A DNA stretch of 63,904 bases, filler included, from Octopus bimaculoides (lineage: Eukaryota), in NCBI RefSeq assembly GCF_001194135.2. It is 7 parts of 7 records of this genome, joined end to end, with 100 filler letters (N's around TTAATTAATTAA, not from the genome) between each part and the next. Parts side by side here need not be neighbours in the genome. Positions count along the whole stretch, not along the records: positions 39,390 to 52,224 come from NC_068985.1; positions 52,325 to 58,630 come from NC_068984.1; 5 more parts are not named here. One strand, given 5' to 3'. Within the stretch, counting starts at the first letter, position 1. Each line of letters begins with the position of its first letter. Below the pieces are notes generated by a model that had not been told where the DNA came from, ran no database searches, and saw only the letters and a list, made by a program, of their open reading frames with translations. Both the position numbers and the translations under genes were made by a program. Shown here piece by piece: positions 39,820 through 52,566 of the stretch.

Positions 39820-40625
39820 TCATTATATGCCAATGACTTTGTTCTCATAATGGAATTTAGAGTAGAATTAGGAAAGAAATTCCAAGTGTAGAAGCAAAAC
39901 CTGAAATGAAAGGGCCTTAAAATTGACTTACCTAAAGCCTGAGTTCTAGTAAGTAGGAAGACAGACAAGACTCCCCCCCACTTCAGGTGAATTACCCTGC
40001 TTAATATGTAGGAAAGGAATAGCAAGAATTCTATGCAGTGTACCCAGTGTAAGCAGGGACACGTAAGAACTGCAGTGGTAATGCAGGAAGATTATCAGAG
40101 AAAGTAGTGTTTGTATGTGGTGGATGTGCAAGAACAATAAACACTAAGAACATACAGGAAATTGATTTTCTCAAATGCCTTGGCAGTTTCCTAGAGGTAG
40201 TAGATAGTTTCAGTTATCTAAATAATCTAATTTACAGTAAAGGAATTTTTGTTTGGGAAGTATAATTGTTGGAATAAGAATAGGGTGAAGAAAGTTCAGA
40301 GAGCTGTTAGAGCTGTTGGCAACAAAAGATCTCTCTCAGTGTGGGAGGCAGATTGTGTGATGTTTGTGTATGAACAGCAGTGGTAGTGAGACATGGGTCA
40401 TAAATGCAGAGAACATGCAAAAACTAGAGAGGAATGAAGCTAGTATACTTCGTTGAATATGCAACATCAGTGCATGTACCACAAAATGCTGAGTGGAATT
40501 AGATGTAATGTGCAAGAGAGAACACTGTGCTGGTTTGGTCAGTTGATGCAGATGGGTGAAAGGCAGCTGCATAAAGAAGTGCTGGTCCTAAAGTGGAATA
40601 GGGAGGCCCTGGAAAATCTGGGTGA
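39820..40625 (+). mobile_element. Decayed RTE/BovB-type LINE, RT C-terminal region
   Basis: Interrupted frames give LYANDFVL..., KKFQV.KQNL..KGLKI, PCLICRKG, LEVVDSFSYL, GSETWV.NAENMQKLERNEASILR, GIRCNVQERTLCWFGQLMQM. Confidence 0.85.
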
Positions 40626-41334
40626 AGGCAGATCTCAAGATGTTGAACCCTACAGAAGAGTGAAAATCTATTATAATAATGAGCCTATTGGTAAGTTTGT
40701 CCAAAATCACGCAATGAGGAAATAGCAGTGTAAGTAAGAGTAAAAAAAAGAGAAGAGACAAAATGGTAATAACAGTGAGAGAGGGAGTGATATCATGCAG
40801 CACCTCTCGCTTTCTCTCTCTCAACAAAAACCTTTTCACTTTATTGATAAACGCTGCCTCCTTTCTCTATCTACAGACTCACACACACACACTCTCTCTC
40901 TTTTTCACCTCCTCTCTCTCTCTTTTTCGCCTCCTTTCTCTCTCTCTTTTGCCCCCTCTCTCTCTCTTTCGCCCCCCTCTCTCTTTTTTACTCTTTCTCT
41001 CAACAACATTTTCATTCGACAAACGCTGATTTTTTTTCTGGTAGACATTAATAACAATATATAAGTAAATAAGATTTTTGCACCTCAAAATTATTATGTA
41101 TCTCTATGGATACTTGACTGTTCTGGAATATTTTCTGCTTAAAAATTTGCAAAGTTAATAGAATATAAGTTAAGTCAATAAGTAGTAATTTTTAAGTCAT
41201 AGAATTAAAATATTGTTTATCGAAAGAAAGCTTGATAATGTTGTCTGTTTAAAGAAAGCTAAATATAAAAGGAAGGTAATTATAAATATTTACAGATACT
41301 TGTTGATACCGTGATGTTTGTAAATATTTATGAA

Positions 41335-42910
41335 CTAGCAGTATAACCCGACGTTGTCCGGGTGTGACTTATGCCATCTACGATAAGTCTTGCTAGGTGA
41401 CAATCAACTAAAAAGGAAAGCCTTACAACGAAAAAACCCTTATGATGTAAATATGTTCATAATTCAAAAGACGATGAAATTAGGCTGTTTTGCGTAAAAT
41501 TATTAAGCGTATGTAAATTTCATCCGTCTAATTGGCTATAGAAATGCTTGTGCAAAAAAACTTTTCGGGCTGCCCTGATTATACATAGCTGGGTAATCCC
41601 TTTTTGCAGGAGCTAGGACAGCAATTTGTGATGAAGGAATTGCTGGCGATCTGTTGCTACACAGTTTTGCCAGAATTCTATCAGATTGGGCAGAAGATGT
41701 TGATGCACCATTTTGCATTATGTTCAAAGTAGCTTCTGGAATGTGGTGAATTGCTGCAGTCTGTTGCTGTCATTTTAAACCTCTTCTTTGGAGGCATAAT
41801 CTATGTATATATTAAACAGAACAACAAAAGTTATAAAAGATGGCAGGGTCGGTACTTTTCACATATCTGTAATTTTTCAGATTAATACCCGCACAATTAC
41901 CCAACCCTAATCCTAAACCTAATCCTAACACTAACCCTAACACTAACCCTAACCCTGACCCTAAAACTGTAACCGTAATACTAATCCTAACCCTAACCTG
42001 ATCCTAAAACCCTAACCTGATCCTAAAACCCTAACCCTAACACCCTAGTGAAAATCGTGGTATATTTACAAAACATTGACGAGCATGAGTTGTATTTTAC
42101 TGAATGATTGTGTACTTGCACGTGTATGCGTTTGAGAGAGCGAGAGAGGAAGAGGTATAGAGAGGGGGAGAAAGGAATAAAGGTAGTTAAAAGTTTTCTT
42201 ATGACGGCTTCTCTTCACTGCCTATTACTTCATTAGAAATCTAAGGATGCACATAATAGAGAAAAATGAAACAAATATGGACGACTTGCTCTGAAACACC
42301 ACTGAGTGGGGAACACTTCTCAAAAATAACCTGCATTTGTTTCCTTCAAAATTCCTACATGCTCGAAATGTACATACATNNNNNNNNNNNNNNNNNNNNN
42401 NNNNNNNNNNNNNNNNNNNNNNNNNNNNNNNNNNNNNNNNNNNNNNNNNNNNNNNNNNNNNNNNNNNNNNNNNNNNNNNNNNNNNNNNNNNNNNNNNNNN
42501 NNNNNNNNNNNNNNNNNNNNNNNNNNNNNNNNNNNNNNNNNNNNNNNNNNNNNNNNNNNNNNNNNNNNNNNNNNNNNNNNNNNNNNNNNNNNNNNNNNNN
42601 NNNNNNNNNNNNNNNNNNNNNNNNNNNNNNNNNNNNNNNNNNNNNNNNNNNNNNNNNNNNNNNNNNNNNNNNNNNNNNNNNNNNNNNNNNNNNNNNNNNN
42701 NNNNNNNNNNNNNNNNNNNNNNNNNNNNNNNNNNNNNNNNNNNNNNNNNNNNNNNNNNNNNNNNNNNNNNNNNNNNNNNNNNNNNNNNNNNNNNNNNNNN
42801 NNNNNNNNNNNNNNNNNNNNNNNNNNNNNNNNNNNNNNNNNNNNNNNNNNNNNNNNNNNNNNNNNNNNNNNNNNNNNNNNNNNNNNNNNNNNNNNNNNNN
42901 NNNNNNNCTT

Positions 42911-42971
<61 letters not shown>

Positions 42972-43249
42972 TGTACTCTTACTCTCTGTATTATATGTTG
43001 AGCGCGTGTGTAAGAACGCCGTTCCAGGTAGAAGGGAAGAAATATAAAAGTTGCTAGAAACAACAGCCAAATCTCCCTTAAATCACACAAAGTAAACGGA
43101 ATTTAAAAAATCAAATTACTGCACTGGAAAGTTCACATCGAGAAAATTCCATTGATGTAAAAAATTTTACGTAAAAGTGGAAAATGTGGATTTCTATACA
43201 CTTTTAAAAAGGTTTCACACAGACACACAACTTCAGCTTTATATTAAGA
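41335..43249 (-). mobile_element. Non-autonomous Helitron (contains a 529-N gap)
   Basis: Minus strand reads A|TCTTAATATAAAGCTGAAGTTGTGTG at the 5' end and CCCGGAC-AAC-GTCGGG hairpin...CTAG|T at the 3' end, i.e. an AT target with no TSD. Confidence 0.8.
41903..42046. repeat. Degenerate (CCCTAA)n telomere-like array inside the Helitron
   Basis: taaccctaa/taatcctaa/ctaaaaccctaa variants visible directly. Confidence 0.85.
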
Positions 43250-43512
43250 TGAAGAATTTTGCTAAGGCAGTGAAGTTTGTCTTCAAGACCTTTTTCTGTT
43301 TCTGTCGGTAAAGAGAGTGAGGACAGACAGATAGAGGCTGAGAATGTGTAGACGTTGCTGGAAAAAAATAATAACAGAGTCTCTGTATATGCTGTTAATG
43401 TAATCCTGTGTAATTTTGGACTTTGTATTGTTACATATAGAAATATAAGCAAACTAATGTACACACAGAAATATATATGTTCTGTTGTATTAAATATACT
43501 CATCCACATTCT

Positions 43513-43881
43513 ATGGAGAATGAATCAGACAGAAGGTGACGGTTAGCCAGAGAAAGACAAAGGCAAAGAACAGTCAGTCTCACTCAGGACGAACTGGATG
43601 CAAGAAGATTAAGCAATACATTAAGGTTATTAAATCAATCACAAGAAGTGAGACGAGAGATGAGCGCAAGAAGGCGTCAAAATGAAAAGGAGCACCTAAT
43701 TGCACAAAGGAGAGATATCCAAAGAGAGAGAGAGCAGCACAAAAGCGCCAAGATGAGGAAAGAATATCTAAGAACGAGCGCATTGCAAAGGTGACAAGAT
43801 GAAATGGAAGAAACACAAGCAGCACAAAGGAGAGAAATTGAGAGAGAACATTGAGGAGAAGAATGGAAGAATAATAGTTAA
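43513..43881 (+). pseudogene. Decayed R/E/Q-rich coiled-coil ORF, probably the N-terminus of a transposon protein (Helitron Rep-like)
   Basis: MENESDRR*RLARERQRQRTVSLTQDELDARRLSNTLRLLNQSQEVRREMSARRRQNEKEHLIAQRR...; the TGA stops fit CGA decay. Confidence 0.45.
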
Positions 43882-44833
43882 TACTGAAATGGACCATCCA
43901 AAACAAGGTGACCCCATTGCTAGTAGGGTTGTCACTAGAAATGTGGTGTTGAAGCAATTACTGAGATAAAAGTTGTAATGTTTTATTTTAATTTTATTTT
44001 CTATATCATTTTCTTGCCATCATTTCTGATGGCATGGGTACACTAGTAACTAACATAATTGGTGACTTACTGTGCTCAAGAAGACATTCTTTGTAGGCTT
44101 GTAACCCATTCTGCCCTATGAAGCATTTCCTCACATTCCATTTCCTAACACCTAGCCTGCCATCACTCCTTTAATCAGCAGCTGTAATCTCTTGAGAGCA
44201 GACTCAACACATATTAGTCCCTTATCAACCTTTGCACTACCAGTTATCTCCTTCCTTATTTTTACCAATCACCTTCATTCTGTGCCATCAGATATTTCTC
44301 TTCTTCATCATACTCTATCTTAACACCTCATATATTTGCAACTCCCTTCCATATCCACTTTCATGTCCAGCTCATTGTAGACACCCTTATGAACCCCTAA
44401 CATCTCCCTCTGCTGCTCCTACACATTGCACATTATATATCTCTACCTTCTGCTCTAACCTTCTTCCCGAGCCACTGCTATCTCTCACCATACCTCCTCT
44501 CTATACTGATACTAACCATCAACTGCATATCCATATTTGCTCATCATTCAATACATACTCCTCTAACCCTATCTCTCCTCTCACACTCATATCAAACTAT
44601 CCACCTTTTCCCCCTGAACCAATGGCCATATCTTTTCTTACACTCTGCTTGTACTTTGTGTTTGCTATAGCACCCCATTGCTACCATCTTCATCTTCTCT
44701 CCAGGTACTACTACTCACTCTTATATAATATGGAATAACCATGTATCTCTGCACAGCCTTGTGGCTCACCAGATCCTGCCAAATTGTCCAGTCCATGCCA
44801 GCATGGGAAAGGACATTAAATGATGACAATATA

Positions 44834-46134
44834 TGAGGGTAGGCTGAAAAGTTCATAGGTTGACTATGAAGGGGTGATGCAAAAGCTGTGAAATCTTGCA
44901 TGCATTAATTTCAACTCTTATTAATATCTGCATTGTTTCTTTCTAGGTGAACTGACATCTGACTGTTCAAAGAACACTTCGAAAGTAACTAGTAGTGACT
45001 TCTCTTGAAAATGGACAAAATTTGGCATTGTGATGTTATCAAGTACCTGCATAAAAAGGGTTTAGCCCCCCAATGACATTCATGCTTACGTTGCTTACAT
45101 GGTTGTTACACTAAGGGATTATGCTCCATCTTTATCAACTTTGGAAAAGTGGGCGACCTAATTTAGGAGGGGAATGGAGAGTCTTGAAGATGACCCAAGG
45201 TCTGGCTGTCTTGCAACTGCCACCACCAAGGAAAGCATTGATTGTGTTCACCACATGATGATGAATGAAAGGAGATTGATTATAAATTAAATAGCCAATT
45301 CTATTGGCATATTCCATGAGAGAGTTGAGAATATTTTGCACAATGAACTTGGTATGATGAAAGTTTCTGCTTGGTAGGTGCCATGTCTTCTGACACCTAA
45401 TCAAAAGCGCACCAAGTTGATAACATCCCAATAAAATCTGACAAATGTTTGAGGCAGATCTAGCTAGTTTCCTTGAACATTTCCTAACCCCAAGATGAAT
45501 GTTGGGTTCATCACTTTGAACCAGAGACAAAGAGATAATCCATTCAAAGGAAACACCCCTCCTCACTTACTCCAAAGGATGCCAAAGTTATGTCATCTGC
45601 AGAGAAGGTGTTGACCTCAATTTTGGGGGATGCAAAAGGCATTGTGTTTATTGATTATCTTCAGAAGGGCCACACCATCAATAGACTGTGCTATGCTAAC
45701 TTGCTGAGGCAGTTAGGAATGGATGTCAAGACCAAACGCCCTGGAAAACTGACAAAAGGGGTTTTGTTTCATGAAGATAATGCCCCAGCACAGAAGTCCT
45801 TGGTTTCAATGGCTGGTGTGCATCACTGTGACTTTGAGCTAGCTGATCACCCTCCATATACTCCTGATTTGGCCCCATCTGACTATTATCTTTTCCCCAA
45901 CGTGAAAAAACACTTGGCTTGGGAACCAGTATCACAGTAATGTCTTATTGCTGTTGATGACTTTTTTGATTAACAGGATGAAAGCTTCTTCAGCAATGGG
46001 ATCCAAATACTGGAACACTGATGGTAGAAGTGTGTGGACTGCAAGGGGGAGGCTATGTTGAAAAATAGACCTTATTTGGTCGCATTCCATGGGAATAATC
46101 TTAGTCAGCCTATGAACTTTTTAGTCAACCCTCG
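44834..46134 (+). mobile_element. Full-length (1301 bp) decayed mariner transposon, Himar1/irritans-like DD34D
   Basis: 33-bp TIRs (28/33 identical), TA on both flanks. Transposase starts at 45011 (MDKIWHCDVIKYLHKKG) with stops and frameshifts; motifs FHEDNAPAQKS and HPPYTPDLAPSDY. Confidence 0.95.
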
Positions 46135-47184
46135 TATACACTTTCCATTTGTGTGAAATATTTATGTAGTTTTCTTTTGGCCAGCTGCTGTAATCCTAAT
46201 ACTCATTAAGTATTGCATACAATGTCAGTCAGTCTAGTGTGGTAATTTAAAAACAGTGGTTAGTCTGTTTGCTCCAAATAGAGAGAATGTAGAAACTCAT
46301 TGCTACAATATATATGATTCTGGGACTTTACACATTAGTAAAAACTTGGGATTATTTCAGTTGATGGTGCTTTTTTTTTTAAATTTAATTTTTATTTTAT
46401 ATAATCACAAGAAACATTACAAACAATTTTTGTTAAACACTATGTACAACTTGTGTACAAGTCAGAAGCTGAAACCATATAAATATTATAAAAACAAAGG
46501 AACTAATTTCTGTAACTTATGTATCTGCAGTAAATATTACATTTTCTGACTATCTCTGTGGCTATTTTTATTTTTGCTCTTTCTTTTAATAATATGTGCT
46601 GAGTCTCAGCTATTAAAAATATCAATGCTTCAAATATTGACAACGTTTATATATATATTTTGAGTTTTTAGAGTTAAATGTTGTAAAGACTAAAAATAGG
46701 ATATCTAGTGGAGACATGTTAGGTATGATGTTGCTTATCTCAGATGAACTTTGATTAATCTAACATATTCTAATTTTACATCGAAAATACGTATTTTGAA
46801 CTACATTATACACCTTGTTTCTTTCAGTAAGATTTAACTGCTATTTCTTGGCTGTTAATCATCATCATCATACGTCCATTGTCCATGCTGGCATGGGTTG
46901 GATGGTTTGATTGGGCTGGCACACTGGAAAGCTGTGCCAGGATCCAGTCTGATTTAGCATGGTTTTCTACGGCTGGATGCTCTTCCTAACGCCAGCCACT
47001 ATGAGAGTGTAATGGGTGCTTTTACATGCCACCATCATAGGTGCCATCTGCATGACACCAGTCACTTTGCTTCCGTCAGGCTCCAACTTTATTCTAACCA
47101 TCGCAGAGAGTCTCTAAGTCAAGGGACGTAACTCTGTGCAACTCCATTTTTCACTTCACAGTTGTTGATGCTACAAAGGACATC

Positions 47185-47820
47185 ATCATTATCATCATCA
47201 ACGTTTAACGTCCGCTTTCCATGCTAGCATGGGTTGGACGATGTGACTGAGGACTGGTGAACCAGATGGCTACACCAGGCTCCAATCTGATCAGGCAGAG
47301 TTTCTACAGCTGGATGCCCTTCCTAACGCCAACCAGTCCGAGAGTGTAGTGGGTGCTTTTACATGCCACCGGCATTAAGGCCAATCAGGAGGTACTGGCA
47401 ATGGCCACACTCGAAATGGTGTATTTTACGTGCCACCTGCACAGGAGCCAGTCCAGCAGTACTGGCAACGAACTCGCTCGAATGTCTTTTCACGTGCCAC
47501 TGGCACAAGTGCCAGGATGGCGATGTTGGTAACGGTCACGCTCAAATGGTGCTATTTACGTGCCACCGGCACGAAAGCCAGACAGCTGGTGCTCTGGCAA
47601 CGATCACGCCCGGACTGTACTCTTAGTGATTTACTGGTACTGGCGCCAACACGATTTCACTTTCACTTGCCCCAACAGGTCTTCGCAAGCCGAGTTTAGT
47701 GTTCAATGAAGACGTTGGCATTGGTGACAGTCTACAAATTTAGTTCGATTTCGATTTCACTTGCCTCAACAGGTCTTCGCAGGCGGAGTTTAGTGTCCAA
47801 AGAAGGAATGTTACGCATAA
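47185..47820 (-). mobile_element. Family D copy with about 5 internal repeat units
   Basis: Same tail and core; repeated acgtgccac...gccagt...actggcaac units. Confidence 0.88.
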
Positions 47821-48767
47821 NNNNNNNNNNNNNNNNNNNNNNNNNNNNNNNNNNNNNNNNNNNNNNNNNNNNNNNNNNNNNNNNNNNNNNNNNNNNNNNN
47901 NNNNNNNNNNNNNNNNNNNNNNNNNNNNNNNNNNNNNNNNNNNNNNNNNNNNNNNNNNNNNNNNNNNNNNNNNNNNNNNNNNNNNNNNNNNNNNNNNNNN
48001 NNNNNNNNNNNNNNNNNNNNNNNNNNNNNNNNNNNNNNNNNNNNNNNNNNNNNNNNNNNNNNNNNNNNNNNNNNNNNNNNNNNNNNNNNNNNNNNNNNNN
48101 NNNNNNNNNNNNNNNNNNNNNNNNNNNNNNNNNNNNNNNNNNNNNNNNNNNNNNNNNNNNNNNNNNNNNNNNNNNNNNNNNNNNNNNNNNNNNNNNNNNN
48201 NNNNNNNNNNNNNNNNNNNNNNNNNNNNNNNNNNNNNNNNNNNNNNNNNNNNNNNNNNNNNNNNNNNNNNNNNNNNNNNNNNNNNNNNNNNNNNNNNNNN
48301 NNNNNNNNNNNNNNNNNNNNNNNNNNNNNNNNNNNNNNNNNNNNNNNNNNNNNNNNNNNNNNNNNNNNNNNNNNNNNNNNNNNNNNNNNNNNNNNNNNNN
48401 NNNNNNNNNNNNNNNNNNNNNNNNNNNNNNNNNNNNNNNNNNNNNNNNNNNNNNNNNNNNNNNNNNNNNNNNNNNNNNNNNNNNNNNNNNNNNNNNNNNN
48501 NNNNNNNNNNNNNNNNNNNNNNNNNNNNNNNNNNNNNNNNNNNNNNNNNNNNNNNNNNNNNNNNNNNNNNNNNNNNNNNNNNNNNNNNNNNNNNNNNNNN
48601 NNNNNNNNNNNNNNNNNNNNNNNNNNNNNNNNNNNNNNNNNNNNNNNNNNNNNNNNNNNNNNNNNNNNNNNNNNNNNNNNNNNNNNNNNNNNNNNNNNNN
48701 NNNNNNNNNNNNNNNNNNNNNNNNNNNNNNNNNNNNNNNNNNNNNNNNNNNNNNNNNTTTATCCTTG

Positions 48768-49110
48768 GCTAGGTATTTCTTCTGCAGCTGTCTTACCAGA
48801 AATATAGCATCAGTGGTGCTTTTCCCTGGCACGAACCCAAACTGCATCTCATCTAAACTGACTCACTCCCTAATTAGTTGGGCTATGACCCTCTCCATGA
48901 CTTTCATTACCTGATCCAACAACTTGATACCTCTGTAATTATTTGTATCTAAGGCGTCACCTTTACTTTTGTAACAGTTGACTATAGTGCTGCTACACCA
49001 GTCATTGGGTATGACTCCTTCGTGTATCACCTGGTTAACAATATGGGTGACTAGGCTATAGCTGACACGGCCAGATATTTTGAGCATCTCTGCAGTGATT
49101 TCTGATTGGG
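48768..49110 (-). mobile_element. RTE/BovB-type LINE, RT N-terminal fragment
   Basis: IPNDWCSSTIVNCYKSKGDALDTNNYRGIKLLDQVMKVMERVIAQLIRE...MQFGFVPGKSTTDAIFLVRQLQKKYLAKDK; ends in a gap. Confidence 0.92.
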
Positions 49111-49874
49111 CAACAAATAAACCAGTTTGTAAATGATTGCATCATTGGATACAGTTGCACAACAGACCAATCACTAATTTAATGCAAGAATTACATGGGA
49201 GAGGAGCATCTATACCGTTTAAGTTTAATAAAGTGTGAGGGTTATGTTCAAATGCACCAGTTTTCTTGTCAATTGCTAAAAATTATAAATATAGGCACTG
49301 TTATGGCTAATCATGTGACTTTGAATTCATTTTCTTTGCTCTAGTCCCTGTTTGACCATTGTGTTGTGCTTGAAATAGGTAGCTCAGTGTGTTGCATAAT
49401 TGATTATTTTCTATACTTGTCACTGCTTGACCAAATCAAATCTTTGTTGACTTTCTGATTGATCAGTGTAAAATTAAACAATAAATTACTTTAAAAACAG
49501 GTATGGGTTGGTAACAGGAAAAGCACCAAACTGTAAAAGCTATCTCTGAATAACCCACTATCTCACCTATGCTAGCATGGAAAAAGGATGCTAGACAAAC
49601 TAGAATACACACACGTACACAAATGGCAAGCCTTGGCACAGTTTTCATCTACCAAATCTAATTTACTGGACATTAGGTAACCCAAAGCTGTTATAGAAGA
49701 TATTAACCCAAGTTGCAGTGCAATTGAACTCAGACTTTTATGGCTGTAAGGTAAAATCTCAAAAAAGAAAGATAAGTTAGATAATGTAGTTCCAGTACAT
49801 GATACCAACTAAAAAGACTGGGTAGGAATGTCAACTTGATCATAGAATACGTTTGAAGCTATCCTACATTTACA

Positions 49875-50330
49875 TCGTCGTCGTCGTTGTCGTCGTTTAA
49901 CGTCCGCTTTCCATGCTAGCATGGGTTGGACGATTTGACTGAGAACTGGTGAAACCAGATGGCAACACCAGGCTCCAATCTAATTTGGCAGAGTTTCTAC
50001 AGCTGGATGCCCTTCCTAACGCCAACCACTCAGAGAGTGTAGTGGGTGCTTTTACGTGTCACCCGCATGAAGGCCAGTCAGGCGGTACTGGCAACGGCCA
50101 TGCTCATCTCGCTCGAAAAACCTCATGTGTCACCCACACAAGAGCCAGTCCAGGGGCACCAGCAACGATCTCGCTCGAAAATCCTACGACGGCCCCGCAC
50201 AAGAGCCAGTTCAGGGGCACTAGCAATGATCTCGCTCAAAAGATTTCATGTGTCGCCTGCACATGAGCCAGTACAGGGGCACTGGCAACGATCCCACTCG
50301 AAAGATTTCATGTGTCACCCGCACATGAAA
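49875..50330 (-). mobile_element. Family D copy with about 5 internal repeat units, ending ~80 bp upstream of the TYMS exon
   Basis: Same tail and core; 61-62 bp tandem units at 50050-50330. Confidence 0.88.
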
Positions 50331-50369
50331 TCTTATACTCAAGAATATATTTACATATATTCAAGTTGA

Positions 50370-50546
<177 letters not shown>

Positions 50547-52324
50547 TAGAAAACTCACCTGAAGTTTGTAGCCATTTAAAGTATTTCTGTAAGGTAATCC
50601 AAGTGCAGACTTGATTGTGTGGATAAGAAGCTTGCATGTGATCTTCCGTTCAGCCCCAATGCATGGCACTTTGAGAAAGAGTTCTATAGCCCTGTGCTGA
50701 TAAAAGCTTTCTGAATTGATTTGATAAAGGGAAACTGAATGAAGATTATTGTGTGTGTCTGTGTCCATCTAGTCTTGATGTCACGCAATGGTTGTAAACA
50801 AGAATCACCATTATACAAATGATATTGTTCATTTTTTGTGGGCATTAAGTGACGATGGTGTGAATAATTTTGATGTTACATCTAACATACCACTCTGTTC
50901 AATTGTGTCATCTGGTGTTTGGATGTCTTTAGGGAAGTTCACTTTGTTTCAAGCGCACAACCCAAACTAGTTTCCCTCCCACTCATGTTTTCTCTGCTCT
51001 GACTGGGCATCAGTATCACCAGCTGCTGAGAGCCTTAAAATAGGTTGAACAGTGCACTTCTTCTTACTCTATTAACAAAATATAAACTAAGTTGTGTAAA
51101 TTAATTCTAACAAAAATATCCTTCACCACTTCTTTTTTCTTTCCATATGCATTAGACGAGGTGTCAAATGTAGTACACTTCATTAATTATAAGGTTTCTG
51201 TGGCATTGTTTGATTATTGAATGTTTATAATAACAAACCACTGCTCCTTACAGGAAAATTAACTGTTGGGGCGGACACCATCTGGTCTTAGCTCAAATAT
51301 GACCAAAGATTCTCAATTGTAGGTTTTTTTTTAAAGAATCCTGGGAGACACCAGTTTCAATTGATTAAATCAACCTTGGTGCCTGACCCTGCGGGGATAA
51401 CAGGTAAATTTAACATTGGTAGGATTTGGACCAAACTTATGTAACTAAATTCTTTCAATTCACTTCCACATCTGCCTGATATGATTGGTTTTAATTCAGA
51501 AAATAATTTAAAAATAGAAATGGTTCAACTGTTCTGCAAATTCAAGTATTTCCAAAACATTCCTTTCCTAGAACAATCATACCAATTTTCCACCGATATA
51601 TCCAGCTGTGTTACACCTCCACACTTAGTGGGTATTTAAACATTGTTTGGGTGGATGATAGGTTGGATTAGATGCTTGAAATATTTTTATACACCCATTA
51701 CTTATTTTTCTGTCTTTGATTGTCATATTGAAAGTCATATTTATTTATGAAACATTGTAACTTACTGTACTGGCTCTGAATTCTGTGGAAATAACCTTAA
51801 AATAGTAGTGTTATGGTATTAATAGTAGCATTTAAGTACATGAGTAAGATAATTGGTATTTAACTTGTAGCACAGCAAACCTCTAATGTTTTAAACAAGG
51901 ATGATTTCTTAATTCTCAAAACTTTTCAGGGTTTTTATTTATAGACTCAATTTAGCAATTCCAAGCAAAAAGCAGGTTTCACTTATTTATCTGTCGAAGG
52001 TAGTTACCTCCCCTTAGTAAATACCAACTGAAAATGGATGTACATAGATGAATGTGTATATGGTTAATGATGATTTCAGACTCACTAACCACTTCTGATC
52101 TATAAATCCATTCCTTCTATGTGTGCATGTATGTAGAGCTATATAAAAAACATTATTACTCATGAGAGATAATATTAGTGACCGCAAGCATAAAACTGTA
52201 TAGGCAAAATTAATAGATATATATNNNNNNNNNNNNNNNNNNNNNNNNNNNNNNNNNNNNNNNNNNNNTTAATTAATTAANNNNNNNNNNNNNNNNNNNN
52301 NNNNNNNNNNNNNNNNNNNNNNNN

Positions 52325-52566
52325 GGTTTGTGCGGGTGGCACATAAAAGACACCATTTCGAGCGTGGCCGTTTTCGTGCGGGTGACACGTAAAAGCACCC
52401 ACTACACTCTCTGAGTGGTTGGCGTTAGGAAGGGCATCCAGCTGTAGAAACTCTGCCAAATTAGATTGGAGCCTGGTGTTGCCATCCGGTTTCACCAGTC
52501 CTCAGTCAAATCGTCCAACCCATGCTAGCATGGAAAGCGGACGTTAAACGATGATGATGATGATGA
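52325..52566 (+). mobile_element. Family D copy (another at 53862-54233, plus strand)
   Basis: ...gcatggaaagcggacgttaaacgatgatgatg 3' end. Confidence 0.88.

Noticed and set aside
41903-42046. True telomere or chromosome-fusion site
   Set aside because: Short, degenerate, single-orientation array inside a Helitron.
47350-47620. Palindromic ~60-bp repeats resembling a CRISPR array
   Set aside because: No unique spacers, degenerate units, embedded in a dispersed eukaryotic retroelement, and no cas genes.
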